NCBI GenBank assembly: GCA_043800255.1
Contig: JAZDNF010000009.1
Coordinates: forward strand, 192,001-256,000
Reading direction: 5' to 3'
DNA: 64,000 bases
Source of the DNA: Candidatus Altiarchaeota archaeon
Lineage (GTDB): Archaea > Altiarchaeota > Altiarchaeia > IMC4 > SCGC-AAA252-I15
The first letter of the stretch is position 1; each line of letters begins with the position of its first letter. The notes below the pieces were generated by a model. The model had not been told where the DNA came from and ran no database searches. It saw only the letters and a program-made list of their open reading frames with translations. The position numbers and the translations under genes were made by a program. Positions 1-8,490 of the stretch are shown one piece after another.

Positions 1-216
1 CTGGGAAGTCGAATTTGTAATCTGTTAGGCGCATAAGCTTTCCGAACATGCCATAGTATTTGCGGATGCGCATTTCCCCGATATTCTCGGAGGCTAGCAG
101 GTTGACGAACTCAGTTATTACGTCCTGTTTTTCTGGCTGATTTTTGGGTTTAGGTTGAACCGGTTCTTCTCATATCCTACCCCATATTTGCCCCGATATA
201 TTGAGTTAGCGTCCAT
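1..216 (-). pseudogene. N-terminus of a tyrosine recombinase/integrase-like gene, apparently frameshifted near 125-132; runs off the window edge
   Basis: ATG at 216 gives MDANSIYRGKYGVGYEKNRFNLNPKISQKNRT*. The -1 frame continues DVITEFVNLLASENIGEMRIRKYYGMFGKLMRLTDYKFDFP. Joined, this resembles the N-terminal domain of archaeal XerA-like integrases. No catalytic residues fall inside the window. Confidence 0.5.
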
Positions 217-430
217 TTTCCCTCAAACACCTGCAGGCATCATCCCAAGACAGCCCACAGCCCCTGATAAGCCGCCTGAACAACAATATATGCTCCGGGA
301 GGGCCTTCTCCAACAAAACCTCAAAATCCTCATCCACACAAACATACAGGAAGCCAAACCACTTGTCAGTATCGAACAACCCAGACGGCCCGAAATTAAG
401 CTCCCGGCTGCTAAACGCTAAACTAGCCAT
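206..430 (-). CDS. small hypothetical protein
   Basis: ORF MASLAFSSRELNFG...CLRENGR; its 3' end overlaps the ATG of the integrase-like gene. Confidence 0.35.
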   Translation of the reverse strand: MASLAFSSRELNFGPSGLFDTDKWFGFLYVCVDEDFEVLLEKALPEHILLFRRLIRGCGLSWDDACRCLRENGR

Positions 431-794
431 TATCCCACGTACACCACGTGAGGCACACAACTATAAAAACGACTAGGGTTCCGACAAGAAGAGTGAGATC
501 TTGATTTGTTTCCAGAGGAGTAGCTCGGCTTCAAATCCGATAGGGGATAATATCCATGGTTGCGACTTGTGGTATGGGCACGGGTATGTTATAGCCTATT
601 CTCTCTTTTCGTTGAGTAATACTAACCGAGAAGATAATTTATATGTCCCAGTACCATTTCTAGCTATATGGCCAAAAAAATAACCTTTTTAGCCAAAACA
701 AAAGTAAAGAAAAGAGTTTCTTTTAGGTCAGGTGGAAGAAAGATATCCTTTACTGCAAAATTGCCTTCTAGGAGGAGGAAAAGAGTTACATTTT

Positions 795-1391
795 ATGCAA
801 GATGATAAAATGACACTGAATGTTTATATAGACTCTGATGTTATGATCGCTTCAGAAATTAAAGATGAACAGAATCATGTAGAATCCAAAAAGTTTATGG
901 ATTATATTATAAAAAGTAGGGGGGAGGATATAAAATTTTTTACTTCCCAGTACACGTTCGTCGAGCTAGCTTCTGCAATGATTCGCAGAACAAAAAAATC
1001 GGATAAGGCATATTCACTACTATATCGTGTAAGAAACTCCTGGAAGAAATTTATTAATCCGTTACCACCCATGGAAAAAATGACCTCCTTCTCAAACTTA
1101 GTAGATAATCTCATAGAAACTGCGATTGGTTTTAAAACACCTGCAGGAGATACCATTCATGCCCATACCTTTGCTGAATATGAGATGGATTATCTTATAA
1201 CTTGGAATATAAAACACTTTGTTGGAATGAGAAGGAAAATAAAAAATATAAAACTTTTAACACCTACGAACGTCCTAAAAGAATTTGAGAAAATTCAGGA
1301 CGGGATACTTCCAAAAAAAGATAAGTATATCCTTAAGGAGACTCTAACAAGATTACTTGAGGAAAGGAATAAGTTAGTGCATCGTAAGTAA
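795..1391 (+). CDS. PIN-domain (VapC-like) protein
   Basis: Motifs VYIDSDV, TSQYTFVEL, GDTIH and LITWNIKHF give the acidic PIN pattern; start ATG 795 or 810. Confidence 0.75.
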   Translation: MQDDKMTLNVYIDSDVMIASEIKDEQNHVESKKFMDYIIKSRGEDIKFFTSQYTFVELASAMIRRTKKSDKAYSLLYRVRNSWKKFINPLPPMEKMTSFSNLVDNLIETAIGFKTPAGDTIHAHTFAEYEMDYLITWNIKHFVGMRRKIKNIKLLTPTNVLKEFEKIQDGILPKKDKYILKETLTRLLEERNKLVHRK

Positions 1392-1424
1392 TACTATAGG
1401 GTGTATACCCGGGGGGAACATTAG

Positions 1425-1919
1425 ATGATAAACTGGCAATACTATCCTAAGTCAGATGATATACCTGCAGCAGTAAAACGTGTTATCGACTGTTTTGAAA
1501 AGTCCAGAGAGAATATAGGGTCGCCAAAAAAGCACCTTCAAAGCAATGAAGTACTGGGCCACATACGAGACAATCTCATAGACATAGGGTTCAAGGTCGA
1601 AGGCCCGGAAAGGATAGTAGTACCTGTCCTCTTTGGCATGAACGGGAAGCTTGAGAAATCCTTCCAGGCAGACGCATACAACGAGAAAGACTCTATAGTC
1701 CTAGAGGTAGAGGCTGGGCGTGGCGTCCTTAACAACCAATTCCTTAAAGACCTCTTCCAGGCTTGCATGATGCACGATGTCAAATACCTGGCCGTAGCAG
1801 TGAGGAACAATTACAAGGGCAATAAGGACTTTGGGACAGTAATCGGTTTCTTTGACACACTCTACGCCAGTAGGAGGTTGACACTACCACTAAACGGGAT
1901 ATTAGTAATAGGGTACTAA
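1425..1919 (+). CDS. small restriction-endonuclease-like (PD-(D/E)xK-fold, E-x-E variant) protein
   Basis: FQADAY...VLEVEAGRG...FLKDL resembles BglII/BstYI-type active-site spacing; sits directly before vsr. Confidence 0.5.
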   Translation: MINWQYYPKSDDIPAAVKRVIDCFEKSRENIGSPKKHLQSNEVLGHIRDNLIDIGFKVEGPERIVVPVLFGMNGKLEKSFQADAYNEKDSIVLEVEAGRGVLNNQFLKDLFQACMMHDVKYLAVAVRNNYKGNKDFGTVIGFFDTLYASRRLTLPLNGILVIGY

Positions 1920-1961
1920 GCTGTAACACCACTCGATACAACAGTCCTTGGGGATGCTTAT

Positions 1962-2387
1962 ATGACGGCTAAGTTCACTAAACTATCGCCACCATCTAAG
2001 GCCACGACGAATGTCATGAAGGCCAACAGGCCGGAGGACACTCAACCTGAGCTTATCATGCGTCAGGCACTCCGTAAGGTCGGATTAGGTGGCTATCGGC
2101 TGCATTGGGACGTCCCTGGAAAGCCTGACATAGCCTACCCCGACAAGAAAATTGCTATCTTCGTCCACGGGTGCTTCTGGCATAGATGTCCCTACTGCAA
2201 GTACCCTATGCCAAAGACCAATAGGGCATACTGGGCATGGAAGTTCAGGAGGAACATAAAACGGGACAAGAGGAAGAAGGCCGAGCTTAAGAGATTAGGC
2301 TGGAGAGTATTGAATTTTTGGGAATGCAAGGTGAAGAAGAATACGGATAGATGTGTTGAGAGGGTGAGGGCTTCAATAATTAGATGA
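1962..2387 (+). CDS. vsr: very short patch repair endonuclease
   Basis: DTQPELIMR, PGKPDI, IFVHGCFWH and GWRVLNFWEC motifs; C5-MTase nearby. Confidence 0.93.
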   Translation: MTAKFTKLSPPSKATTNVMKANRPEDTQPELIMRQALRKVGLGGYRLHWDVPGKPDIAYPDKKIAIFVHGCFWHRCPYCKYPMPKTNRAYWAWKFRRNIKRDKRKKAELKRLGWRVLNFWECKVKKNTDRCVERVRASIIR

Positions 2388-2484
2388 CTCTAGGCCATAA
2401 ACGTACGTTTAATTACCACCCGGTCAGGGGGTTCTTTTAGTATATATTCCAGATATAACTATCGTATAGTTATGGGTGGTCATC

Positions 2485-3564
2485 ATGGTCAGCATTGAAG
2501 GTATTGAACCTGTAGAGCAACTTTTCCATAATGTTCGTATTAATGTTTATCCTAAAAAAGTTCGTTTTGAGGATATTAAGTTCTGGAAAGAGAACCTTAG
2601 GACACTTCTAGCTTTTGAACTGCTCGAAAAGGAGAGTAATAAGTCATTAGATGAGCTGACATTAAAAGAGATTACAGAATTTTTAGCTAAGAAAAGGGAA
2701 TTAGCGCTAGAGAAATTAGCTAAATCAATTGAAAGAAATGGAGTGCGTGTGCCGCTGATAATTCTACAAGATGGAACCTTGTTGGATGGGAACCGTAGGT
2801 ATTTTGCTTGTCAGCATTTACTACAAACAAGTGAGTCGAGACCATCTGCCTTAGATTCTATTCCCGTCTGGGTCATTAGAAACTCGGATATTGATGAACG
2901 AAAAAAACAGAAGATACTTGCGGAGGCAAACTTTTTACCAGAAGAGAAAGTCGAGTGGCCATTAGAGGTGAGAGCGAAAGTTATCTATGACTGTGTCACG
3001 TCATGTAAGCAGAGTGGAATGTCAAGGGAAGAGGTATACAAGGAGGTAACTGACCTGTATGGTGTTGATAAAGATACGGTGGACGCATATCTAGATGCAA
3101 TGAAGTTATCAAAGGAGTTCGTGAGGTCTGCGCCTCGAGCTAAAAGAGATTCATACCGAGAAATTGTTCAGGATAAGTTCGTGTATTTCTGGGAGTTCAG
3201 GAACAAGGCATTTACGAAGAAACTTAACTTGAACAAGAGAACGGAATTGCCTAAGGTTAAAAAGATATTTTATTCCATGGTGGCAAATGACCTTTTCAAA
3301 AACCTGAAGCAGGTAGAGCCGATGGCACGTGCCATTAGGGATAGGAGACAATGGGGGATATTACGTGATTCTAATGGTGCCAAGATAGACCAAGTAGAAG
3401 CGTTGTATAAGAGCGAAAAGGCCATTCGGTCTGCAGAAGACAAAATCAGAAACTTCAATAGCTGGTTGAATGAACTAAACACCAAGGCACTTTCTGAGGT
3501 TTCTATTACTCTGCTAAAGAAAACGATTGAAAAATGCCAGGGTATCTTAAAAAGAAGGGTATAA
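2485..3564 (+). CDS. ParB/Srx-like N-terminal domain protein with helical C-terminus
   Basis: LAKSIERNGVRVPLII...LLDGNRRY is the ParB/Srx signature; no adjacent parA. Confidence 0.75.
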   Translation: MVSIEGIEPVEQLFHNVRINVYPKKVRFEDIKFWKENLRTLLAFELLEKESNKSLDELTLKEITEFLAKKRELALEKLAKSIERNGVRVPLIILQDGTLLDGNRRYFACQHLLQTSESRPSALDSIPVWVIRNSDIDERKKQKILAEANFLPEEKVEWPLEVRAKVIYDCVTSCKQSGMSREEVYKEVTDLYGVDKDTVDAYLDAMKLSKEFVRSAPRAKRDSYREIVQDKFVYFWEFRNKAFTKKLNLNKRTELPKVKKIFYSMVANDLFKNLKQVEPMARAIRDRRQWGILRDSNGAKIDQVEALYKSEKAIRSAEDKIRNFNSWLNELNTKALSEVSITLLKKTIEKCQGILKRRV

Positions 3565-3567
3565 AGG

Positions 3568-4728
3568 ATGTCACCAAAAAGGATCCTAGTATTTGCTGGC
3601 ACGAAGTCTCAGACCGGCATTGCAACATTGAGGAGGTTCCCGGGTCTTGAACTTGAAGGAGTAAATGATTTTGATGATATTGCTAGGATGATAACAACAG
3701 AGCCAGCATTAGCAATATTGCCTCTTTGGAACTCCCATGAGGGGGAAATACCAAAGACAAACGTTTTGGATATGGTCTTTGAGAGAGACGTTAAGATCCA
3801 AGAGTTATGGTCTAAGGAGATAACGTTTGAGTTGATATGTAGGCCAGGAACGGCAGAGAAAAACATAAAAAAAGTCATCTCCGTTCGTGTTGCAAAAAGC
3901 CAATGTAGTGAATACCTTGCAGGCAAGGATTTTCAAGAGATGAAATCTACTGTAGAAGCATATAAAGAATTCGAAAAAAGCGAAAACTTTGATGCTGTTC
4001 TTTGCCCCCCAGACCTTTACGAACAAGGCAAGTTCATCCAATTGAGAAACGATGTTTCGAATCCTGCGAACTTCACTACCTTTGGGTTATTGGGTAATGT
4101 AAATTGGAAGCATTGGAGCGGCAAATCCTGGGCACCTTTACGAAGTTATGGGCTGCCTAAGTCATTTATACTCTCAGGGATTGAGATGTCAATCCCATCG
4201 CCTTCTGGACTTTCAGAGGATCAACAAGACTTATTTGACGATATGACCCTGGGAGTGAATCACTTAGATGAGATACCACGGATTATTTTTATTGCGAGAC
4301 GAGGGAGCAGTAGGTGCGGCTTGATATTAGAATCAAAAACGTATACTGACGTATTAATACCCTCTGGTGATAATGGCACTCTTACAGACATTCAAGTAAA
4401 AGAGGAGTTAGGCGAAACAAAAGATTCTTATGTCGGTAACATACTCAATTTTATGGAGGGTAAATTCCCGAACCTTCTAAAGCATGATTTCATTAAGCAT
4501 TTAGGCCACAACACTTGCCTATTTGCATGCCCAACCTTAAATGTTATAACCCATGGTTTTGAGGAAAACCTAACGGAGATGATAGTAAGGAGGACAATTA
4601 ATAAATATTTTGAATTAATAGACAACGGTGTGCCTTGTTCGGATGCTCAGAGGAGACTATTCGAGAAGTATAAACAGAATTACTACGATAAAGGTTTGGG
4701 CTTTATTAATTTCATCAAGGCATGCTAA
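3568..4728 (+). CDS. divergent prephenate dehydratase-fold protein with unknown C-terminal region
   Basis: PLWNSHEG (PDT PIENSxEG), KVISVRVAKSQC (SHPQALAQC), STVEA (STAxA) and NFTTF (NxTRF) occur in the right order and spacing; about 200 extra C-terminal residues. Confidence 0.65.
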   Translation: MSPKRILVFAGTKSQTGIATLRRFPGLELEGVNDFDDIARMITTEPALAILPLWNSHEGEIPKTNVLDMVFERDVKIQELWSKEITFELICRPGTAEKNIKKVISVRVAKSQCSEYLAGKDFQEMKSTVEAYKEFEKSENFDAVLCPPDLYEQGKFIQLRNDVSNPANFTTFGLLGNVNWKHWSGKSWAPLRSYGLPKSFILSGIEMSIPSPSGLSEDQQDLFDDMTLGVNHLDEIPRIIFIARRGSSRCGLILESKTYTDVLIPSGDNGTLTDIQVKEELGETKDSYVGNILNFMEGKFPNLLKHDFIKHLGHNTCLFACPTLNVITHGFEENLTEMIVRRTINKYFELIDNGVPCSDAQRRLFEKYKQNYYDKGLGFINFIKAC

Positions 4729-4766
4729 TGTTGTAAGTAAATCCGATGATCTTTTTATCGTTATGC

Positions 4767-5873
4767 TTACATGGAGTGGAGTATACTCTTCCCTATAGCA
4801 TTTGCCAATTTTACCGGGACAGCATTGCCTATTTGTTTGTATTTTTGGGTCAGGCTTCCCTTAAAAACCCATCCTGGGGGGAATCCTTGAACTAGCGCGC
4901 ATTCTCGGTAGGTAAGTGGGCGGGGCTTGTCGGGGTGACAGAGGTTTGTGGCTCGCCCTGAAGGTGTGGTCAGGATTGTTGGGGATGGCTTGTCCCAGGA
5001 TAGCCTGCGGCAGAAGCCGACCTTCCCGCCAGTTGCGTGCCAGCCCTTGCCCATGACCTTTTTTTGCAGCCTGACAGGCAACGCTTTCCAGTTTTCCCCT
5101 GGGCCGACGAGCCCTTTAGAGAATATCTCATGCCGAGTGTCATCATAAGGCAAGTAGTCCACATGTTCCCTTTCACGTAATCCTCGTAAACGCCTTATTG
5201 CTTTCTTAAGTGGCAGATGGTTGTTGTAGTATCTTGCCTTTGGCTTGGCTAGGTCATAGCCCTTCTTGGCCCCTACGATGAAGACACGTTTTCTTAATTG
5301 CGGCGCCCCATAGTCAGCAGCGTTCAACTCCCACATGTGTATCCGGTAGCTGTCCTTCCCTTTATTGCTGAGCGTAAGGTTGAACTCAGCCATGATGGCA
5401 TCCCATGCAGAGCCGAGGCGTTCGTCTTCTGAAAGCCCAGCGCCTTGAGTCCGACGTTTTTCGAGTGGCCTGTGCTTTTTCGCGGCGGATAATATGCCCC
5501 TCACGTTCTCAAAGATGAAGAACTCAGGCCTAATGCCCCAGACTATGTCCAAAAAGTTCTTGAACAACAGGCCCTCCTCGGAAGAGATTGACTGCCTCCG
5601 CCCGACAGTGCTGAATGGCTGGCAAGGGGGACCGCCAGAGACTACTGCGACTTGGCCTTTTTCCAGGCCAGCGATCGTAAGTATCTCCTTGACATTGACG
5701 CCTCTTATATCCTTATTGAGGATACAGTCCCGGAGGCCAGGCCTATTGGCAATGATTGTCTGTACAGCAGTCGGATCCTTCTCGACGCACGCCCGAACAT
5801 TGAAGCCGGCCTGTTCAAGCCCAAGGTCAAGGCCAAAAGCACCTGTAAACAGCGAGACTACCGTTGGTTCCAT
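4767..5873 (-). CDS. dcm: DNA (cytosine-5) methyltransferase
   Basis: Motif I SLFTGAFG, IV GGPPCQPFS, VI ENVRG, VIII PQLRKRVF, X QIGNAVP. Confidence 0.95.
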   Translation of the reverse strand: MEPTVVSLFTGAFGLDLGLEQAGFNVRACVEKDPTAVQTIIANRPGLRDCILNKDIRGVNVKEILTIAGLEKGQVAVVSGGPPCQPFSTVGRRQSISSEEGLLFKNFLDIVWGIRPEFFIFENVRGILSAAKKHRPLEKRRTQGAGLSEDERLGSAWDAIMAEFNLTLSNKGKDSYRIHMWELNAADYGAPQLRKRVFIVGAKKGYDLAKPKARYYNNHLPLKKAIRRLRGLREREHVDYLPYDDTRHEIFSKGLVGPGENWKALPVRLQKKVMGKGWHATGGKVGFCRRLSWDKPSPTILTTPSGRATNLCHPDKPRPLTYRECALVQGFPPGWVFKGSLTQKYKQIGNAVPVKLANAIGKSILHSM

Positions 5874-6037
5874 CAAAGCCACTTATTGAATGTTGAATAA
5901 TCAGCCAACTCATAACTAATTAGGTTATGGGTTATTTATACATATTAGGTCGGAGCTTTGATCTTATCACGTATTCTACGGCTCAATCTGTTTTGGGTTC
6001 GTAATCGACAAGTGGTTTGGCGTCTATATCCTTGTTT

Positions 6038-6556
6038 ATGAAGAAGGTTACTGGTGTTGGGTATGGGCGAGTTGATTTTGATAAGGTGGTGCATGCAAAA
6101 CGGGGTTTAAGCGAGGGGTACATTGATATCCTCTTGAGGAATGGCTATAGACAGATTCGGGATCCTGGGTTTTCTCAGGGTATGGGAACCGCTTATTATA
6201 TCATGAATTTGACTGATGAATCGGACGAGCATTTCATGTTATGTAACCTCCTGCTTGATGAAATCCGGAGGTATACTCCCAGGGCGGAGTATGCTCTTAC
6301 TATGTTGCCGGACATTACCTTCGGCTTGGATGATGGTCGCTGGGTGGCTGTGGAAATCGAAGACAAGCGGAAGAGCGAGGAAGAGCTAGCACCCAAGCTG
6401 ACTAAGATGAGCAACTATAACGATTTCTTCTATGTGGTCACGGACTGGGAGCTTCTGGAGCATTACAGGGAATACGGGCCAACCTTCACCAGAAGGTCTG
6501 TCCGGGACAAAATACGCTCATATTTTCGAGGCGAATCCCAGGCCCTAAATGAGTGA
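6038..6556 (+). CDS. PD-(D/E)xK-fold nuclease-like protein of the element
   Basis: ESDEH...LPDITF...VAVEIEDK motif. Confidence 0.5.
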   Translation: MKKVTGVGYGRVDFDKVVHAKRGLSEGYIDILLRNGYRQIRDPGFSQGMGTAYYIMNLTDESDEHFMLCNLLLDEIRRYTPRAEYALTMLPDITFGLDDGRWVAVEIEDKRKSEEELAPKLTKMSNYNDFFYVVTDWELLEHYREYGPTFTRRSVRDKIRSYFRGESQALNE

Positions 6557-6843
6557 TTAGGGAGTAAATCAAGCTCATTTTCAAACAAAAGCCAACCAAC
6601 GAGTAGATTCTATTCCCTAGAGCTACTCCAACTGCTTTATCAGCTAAACAAGAAGCAAAGCAAAGACTTCCCTGGAGGTATATGTCTACCCCTATCTGGC
6701 GGAGAGTCTATTCCCTACCAGGCTGTTTACTCGAAAACTGGTTCAGTGTCAAAAATACTGGGGCCCCGAAAATCAATAAGTTTTTAAGCTTATGTTCACA
6801 TGTTATACTACTTAATTATGTTAAGTATAAGAGGTGGTTATAA

Positions 6844-7062
6844 ATGAGTAACAAAAACTTGGAAAAAATAAGGGAGGTAGTCAGAACGGAGTGCAATGAG
6901 GAGGGATGCACTATTGGAGAGTTGGCACAAAGGGCAGGCGTTTCACGAAACACTGCACGAGCATATTCGGAAAGGCTGATCGGGGAAGGATACGTAAAAG
7001 TGAGGGAAGTAGGCCCAGCGAAGTTACTTAAATATAATCCCCACTCTGAGAGGGAAAGATAG
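6844..7062 (+). CDS. small winged-HTH DNA-binding protein
   Basis: TIGELAQRAGVSRNTARAY helix-turn-helix and wing VREVGPAKL; GAGGTG RBS upstream. Confidence 0.8.
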   Translation: MSNKNLEKIREVVRTECNEEGCTIGELAQRAGVSRNTARAYSERLIGEGYVKVREVGPAKLLKYNPHSERER

Positions 7063-7063
7063 A

Positions 7064-7216
7064 ATGGACGAGAAAAAAATCGAGCAACTATTTGATGCCG
7101 TATGCGGGAAAAAAAGAGATAGATGCACCTGTAAATTAGTAGGTGAAACAGGACAGGTTGACTTGATACCCATCGAGAGCACCAAGATAGTATGTGAGAG
7201 GATAATCTTCCCTTGA
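7064..7216 (+). CDS. 50-aa Cys-containing hypothetical protein (not in the ORF track)
   Basis: MDEKKIEQLFDAVCGKKRDRCTCKLVGETGQVDLIPIESTKIVCERIIFP; starts 1 nt after the HTH stop. Confidence 0.35.
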   Translation: MDEKKIEQLFDAVCGKKRDRCTCKLVGETGQVDLIPIESTKIVCERIIFP

Positions 7217-7509
7217 TGTTAAATTTCTCCGAGGCTTTGAAGCCTTAGACAGCGCGACATCAGGCCGCCACTCTTGTTCCCGTTGTACATTTGTTTGTTC
7301 TGGTGCAACCTAGCCTTTTGGTAGGGGGATCGGCTTTCAGGACATACCATCAAGCCCTAGATATAGCCCAGATATACTGTTGGCCCCCGTTCTTGGTTGT
7401 CTGTTGGTGGTTTCGATCGGGGCGATTACATAGTGATTGTTCAGTATTTTGAGCTTTTAGAGCGTATAATTCGTGCTGTCTAAACCTCTTGGGGGATTTG
7501 AACACTTTG

Positions 7510-7935
7510 TTAGCGTTTTTTGATGAATTCCTGCGGGGTTAATATCCGTATGCCTTTGTGTTCTTTGAGTTTTAACAGGTGCTGGTCGCCTGTGATTATA
7601 TAGTCTGCTTTTGCTTCGATCGCGCATTCAAGTATTCTGTTGTCTGCTGGATCCTCTCGGATTACTTCAAGTTTATGTCGTGGAGTAATCTTGACTGATA
7701 GCTCTTCGACTAATGCGATGAATCTTTTTCGTTCTGGTTCAGGGACCCTATCAGCTATCTTCTTGCGACATGTAACTCTTGTATATTCCCCTAGGATATC
7801 ATCCGATATATAGTTGATGATAATCCCTTCCGCAACGTTTTTAAGGATTCCTGATAGTTCACTACTTGGGTTGATTAGTGTTGATATAAGGATATTCGTG
7901 TCAAGTACGACCCTAATGGCCTTTGCGATAGGCAT
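7510..7935 (-). CDS. PIN-family toxin (VapC-like)
   Basis: VVLDTNILIS and DPADNRILECA..ADYIITGDQHLL. Confidence 0.9.
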   Translation of the reverse strand: MPIAKAIRVVLDTNILISTLINPSSELSGILKNVAEGIIINYISDDILGEYTRVTCRKKIADRVPEPERKRFIALVEELSVKITPRHKLEVIREDPADNRILECAIEAKADYIITGDQHLLKLKEHKGIRILTPQEFIKKR

Positions 7936-8188
7936 TTATCTCCTCCTCTATCTCCTTAGATGTTAGGCCTCCTGTTCTCCGTAATATCCTTTGTCGTATC
8001 CCAAGTAACTCGGATACCACCTTCTGTCTGTCGACCTTCTTTAGGATTATTGTCTCATCATCCACCGCGCCGACCATGAATAATGCGTCCTTTCCGACCT
8101 TCAGCCTATCTCTGATGGTTTGGGGGATGACTATCTGACCCCGGGTGGACATCTTGGCAGGCTCTACAGTGATATTCCCATAAGCCAT
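7913..8188 (-). CDS. AbrB/MazE/SpoVT-family antitoxin
   Basis: KMSTRGQIVIPQTIRDRL; overlaps and precedes the PIN toxin. Confidence 0.88.
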   Translation of the reverse strand: MAYGNITVEPAKMSTRGQIVIPQTIRDRLKVGKDALFMVGAVDDETIILKKVDRQKVVSELLGIRQRILRRTGGLTSKEIEEEINAYRKGH

Positions 8189-8298
8189 GTTATCACCTCA
8201 TATCTTACTAGTAAGTATTACTTAATAAATGCGTAACATACCCTCTAGAAGACTTCGAAGAACGACATTACGGTCCCCCGCCTAATCCAAACAGATAC

Positions 8299-8317
8299 TT
8301 CTAGTCCCGACCGGCGC
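8299..8317 (+). repeat. candidate att site: tRNA T-loop/acceptor 3'-end-like fragment (tRNA-Gly-like)
   Basis: TTCTAGTCCCGACCGGCGC resembles the ...TTCRAATCCCNNCCGGCGC end of archaeal GCGCCGG-starting tRNAs; no 5' half present; lies at the island boundary. Confidence 0.4.
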
Positions 8318-8341
8318 TCTAACAGCGATTCTGCCTTTGGT

Positions 8342-8467
8342 CTAAACAGTTAGTGGTATGCTTATGATGTTCCAGCCGAGGGCGAACTGTATCTGCACAT
8401 TGAGTAGTTGTATCTGCCCGCCTACGGTGTACGTTGAGAAGTGACTGATGTTCGCCCATATAAGCAA
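8342..8467 (-). pseudogene. orphan C-terminal fragment of a surface protein
   Basis: Frame reads LLIWANISHFSTYTVGGQIQLLNVQIQFALGWNIISIPLTV*, with an in-frame stop just upstream. Confidence 0.5.
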
Positions 8468-8490
8468 TTTGAAGAAATACTATTACGATC

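Larger units (their letters stand above)
1..8317. mobile_element. integrated element / defence island (left end outside the window)
   Basis: Integrase-like gene at the left, visibly AT-rich cargo (about 700-4750), RM/Vsr/PIN/TA genes, a tRNA-3'-like sequence at the right boundary, then host-like housekeeping genes. Confidence 0.6.

Noticed and set aside
2485-3564. Plasmid/chromosome partition ParB
   Set aside because: No parA adjacent; the context is methylase/Vsr
3568-4728. Housekeeping pheA
   Set aside because: Catalytic motifs are altered, it is in an AT-rich island and has no aromatic pathway neighbours, so no gene symbol was given
8270-8330. Complete tRNA gene
   Set aside because: Only a 3' fragment; no D-arm or anticodon arm can be folded. 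I saw no complete tRNA or rRNA in the window
8360-8460. C/D-box sRNA or riboswitch (ATGATG...CTGA, GGGCGAAC/GTTCGCCC stem)
   Set aside because: The boxes are imperfect, and the minus-strand protein remnant explains the region better
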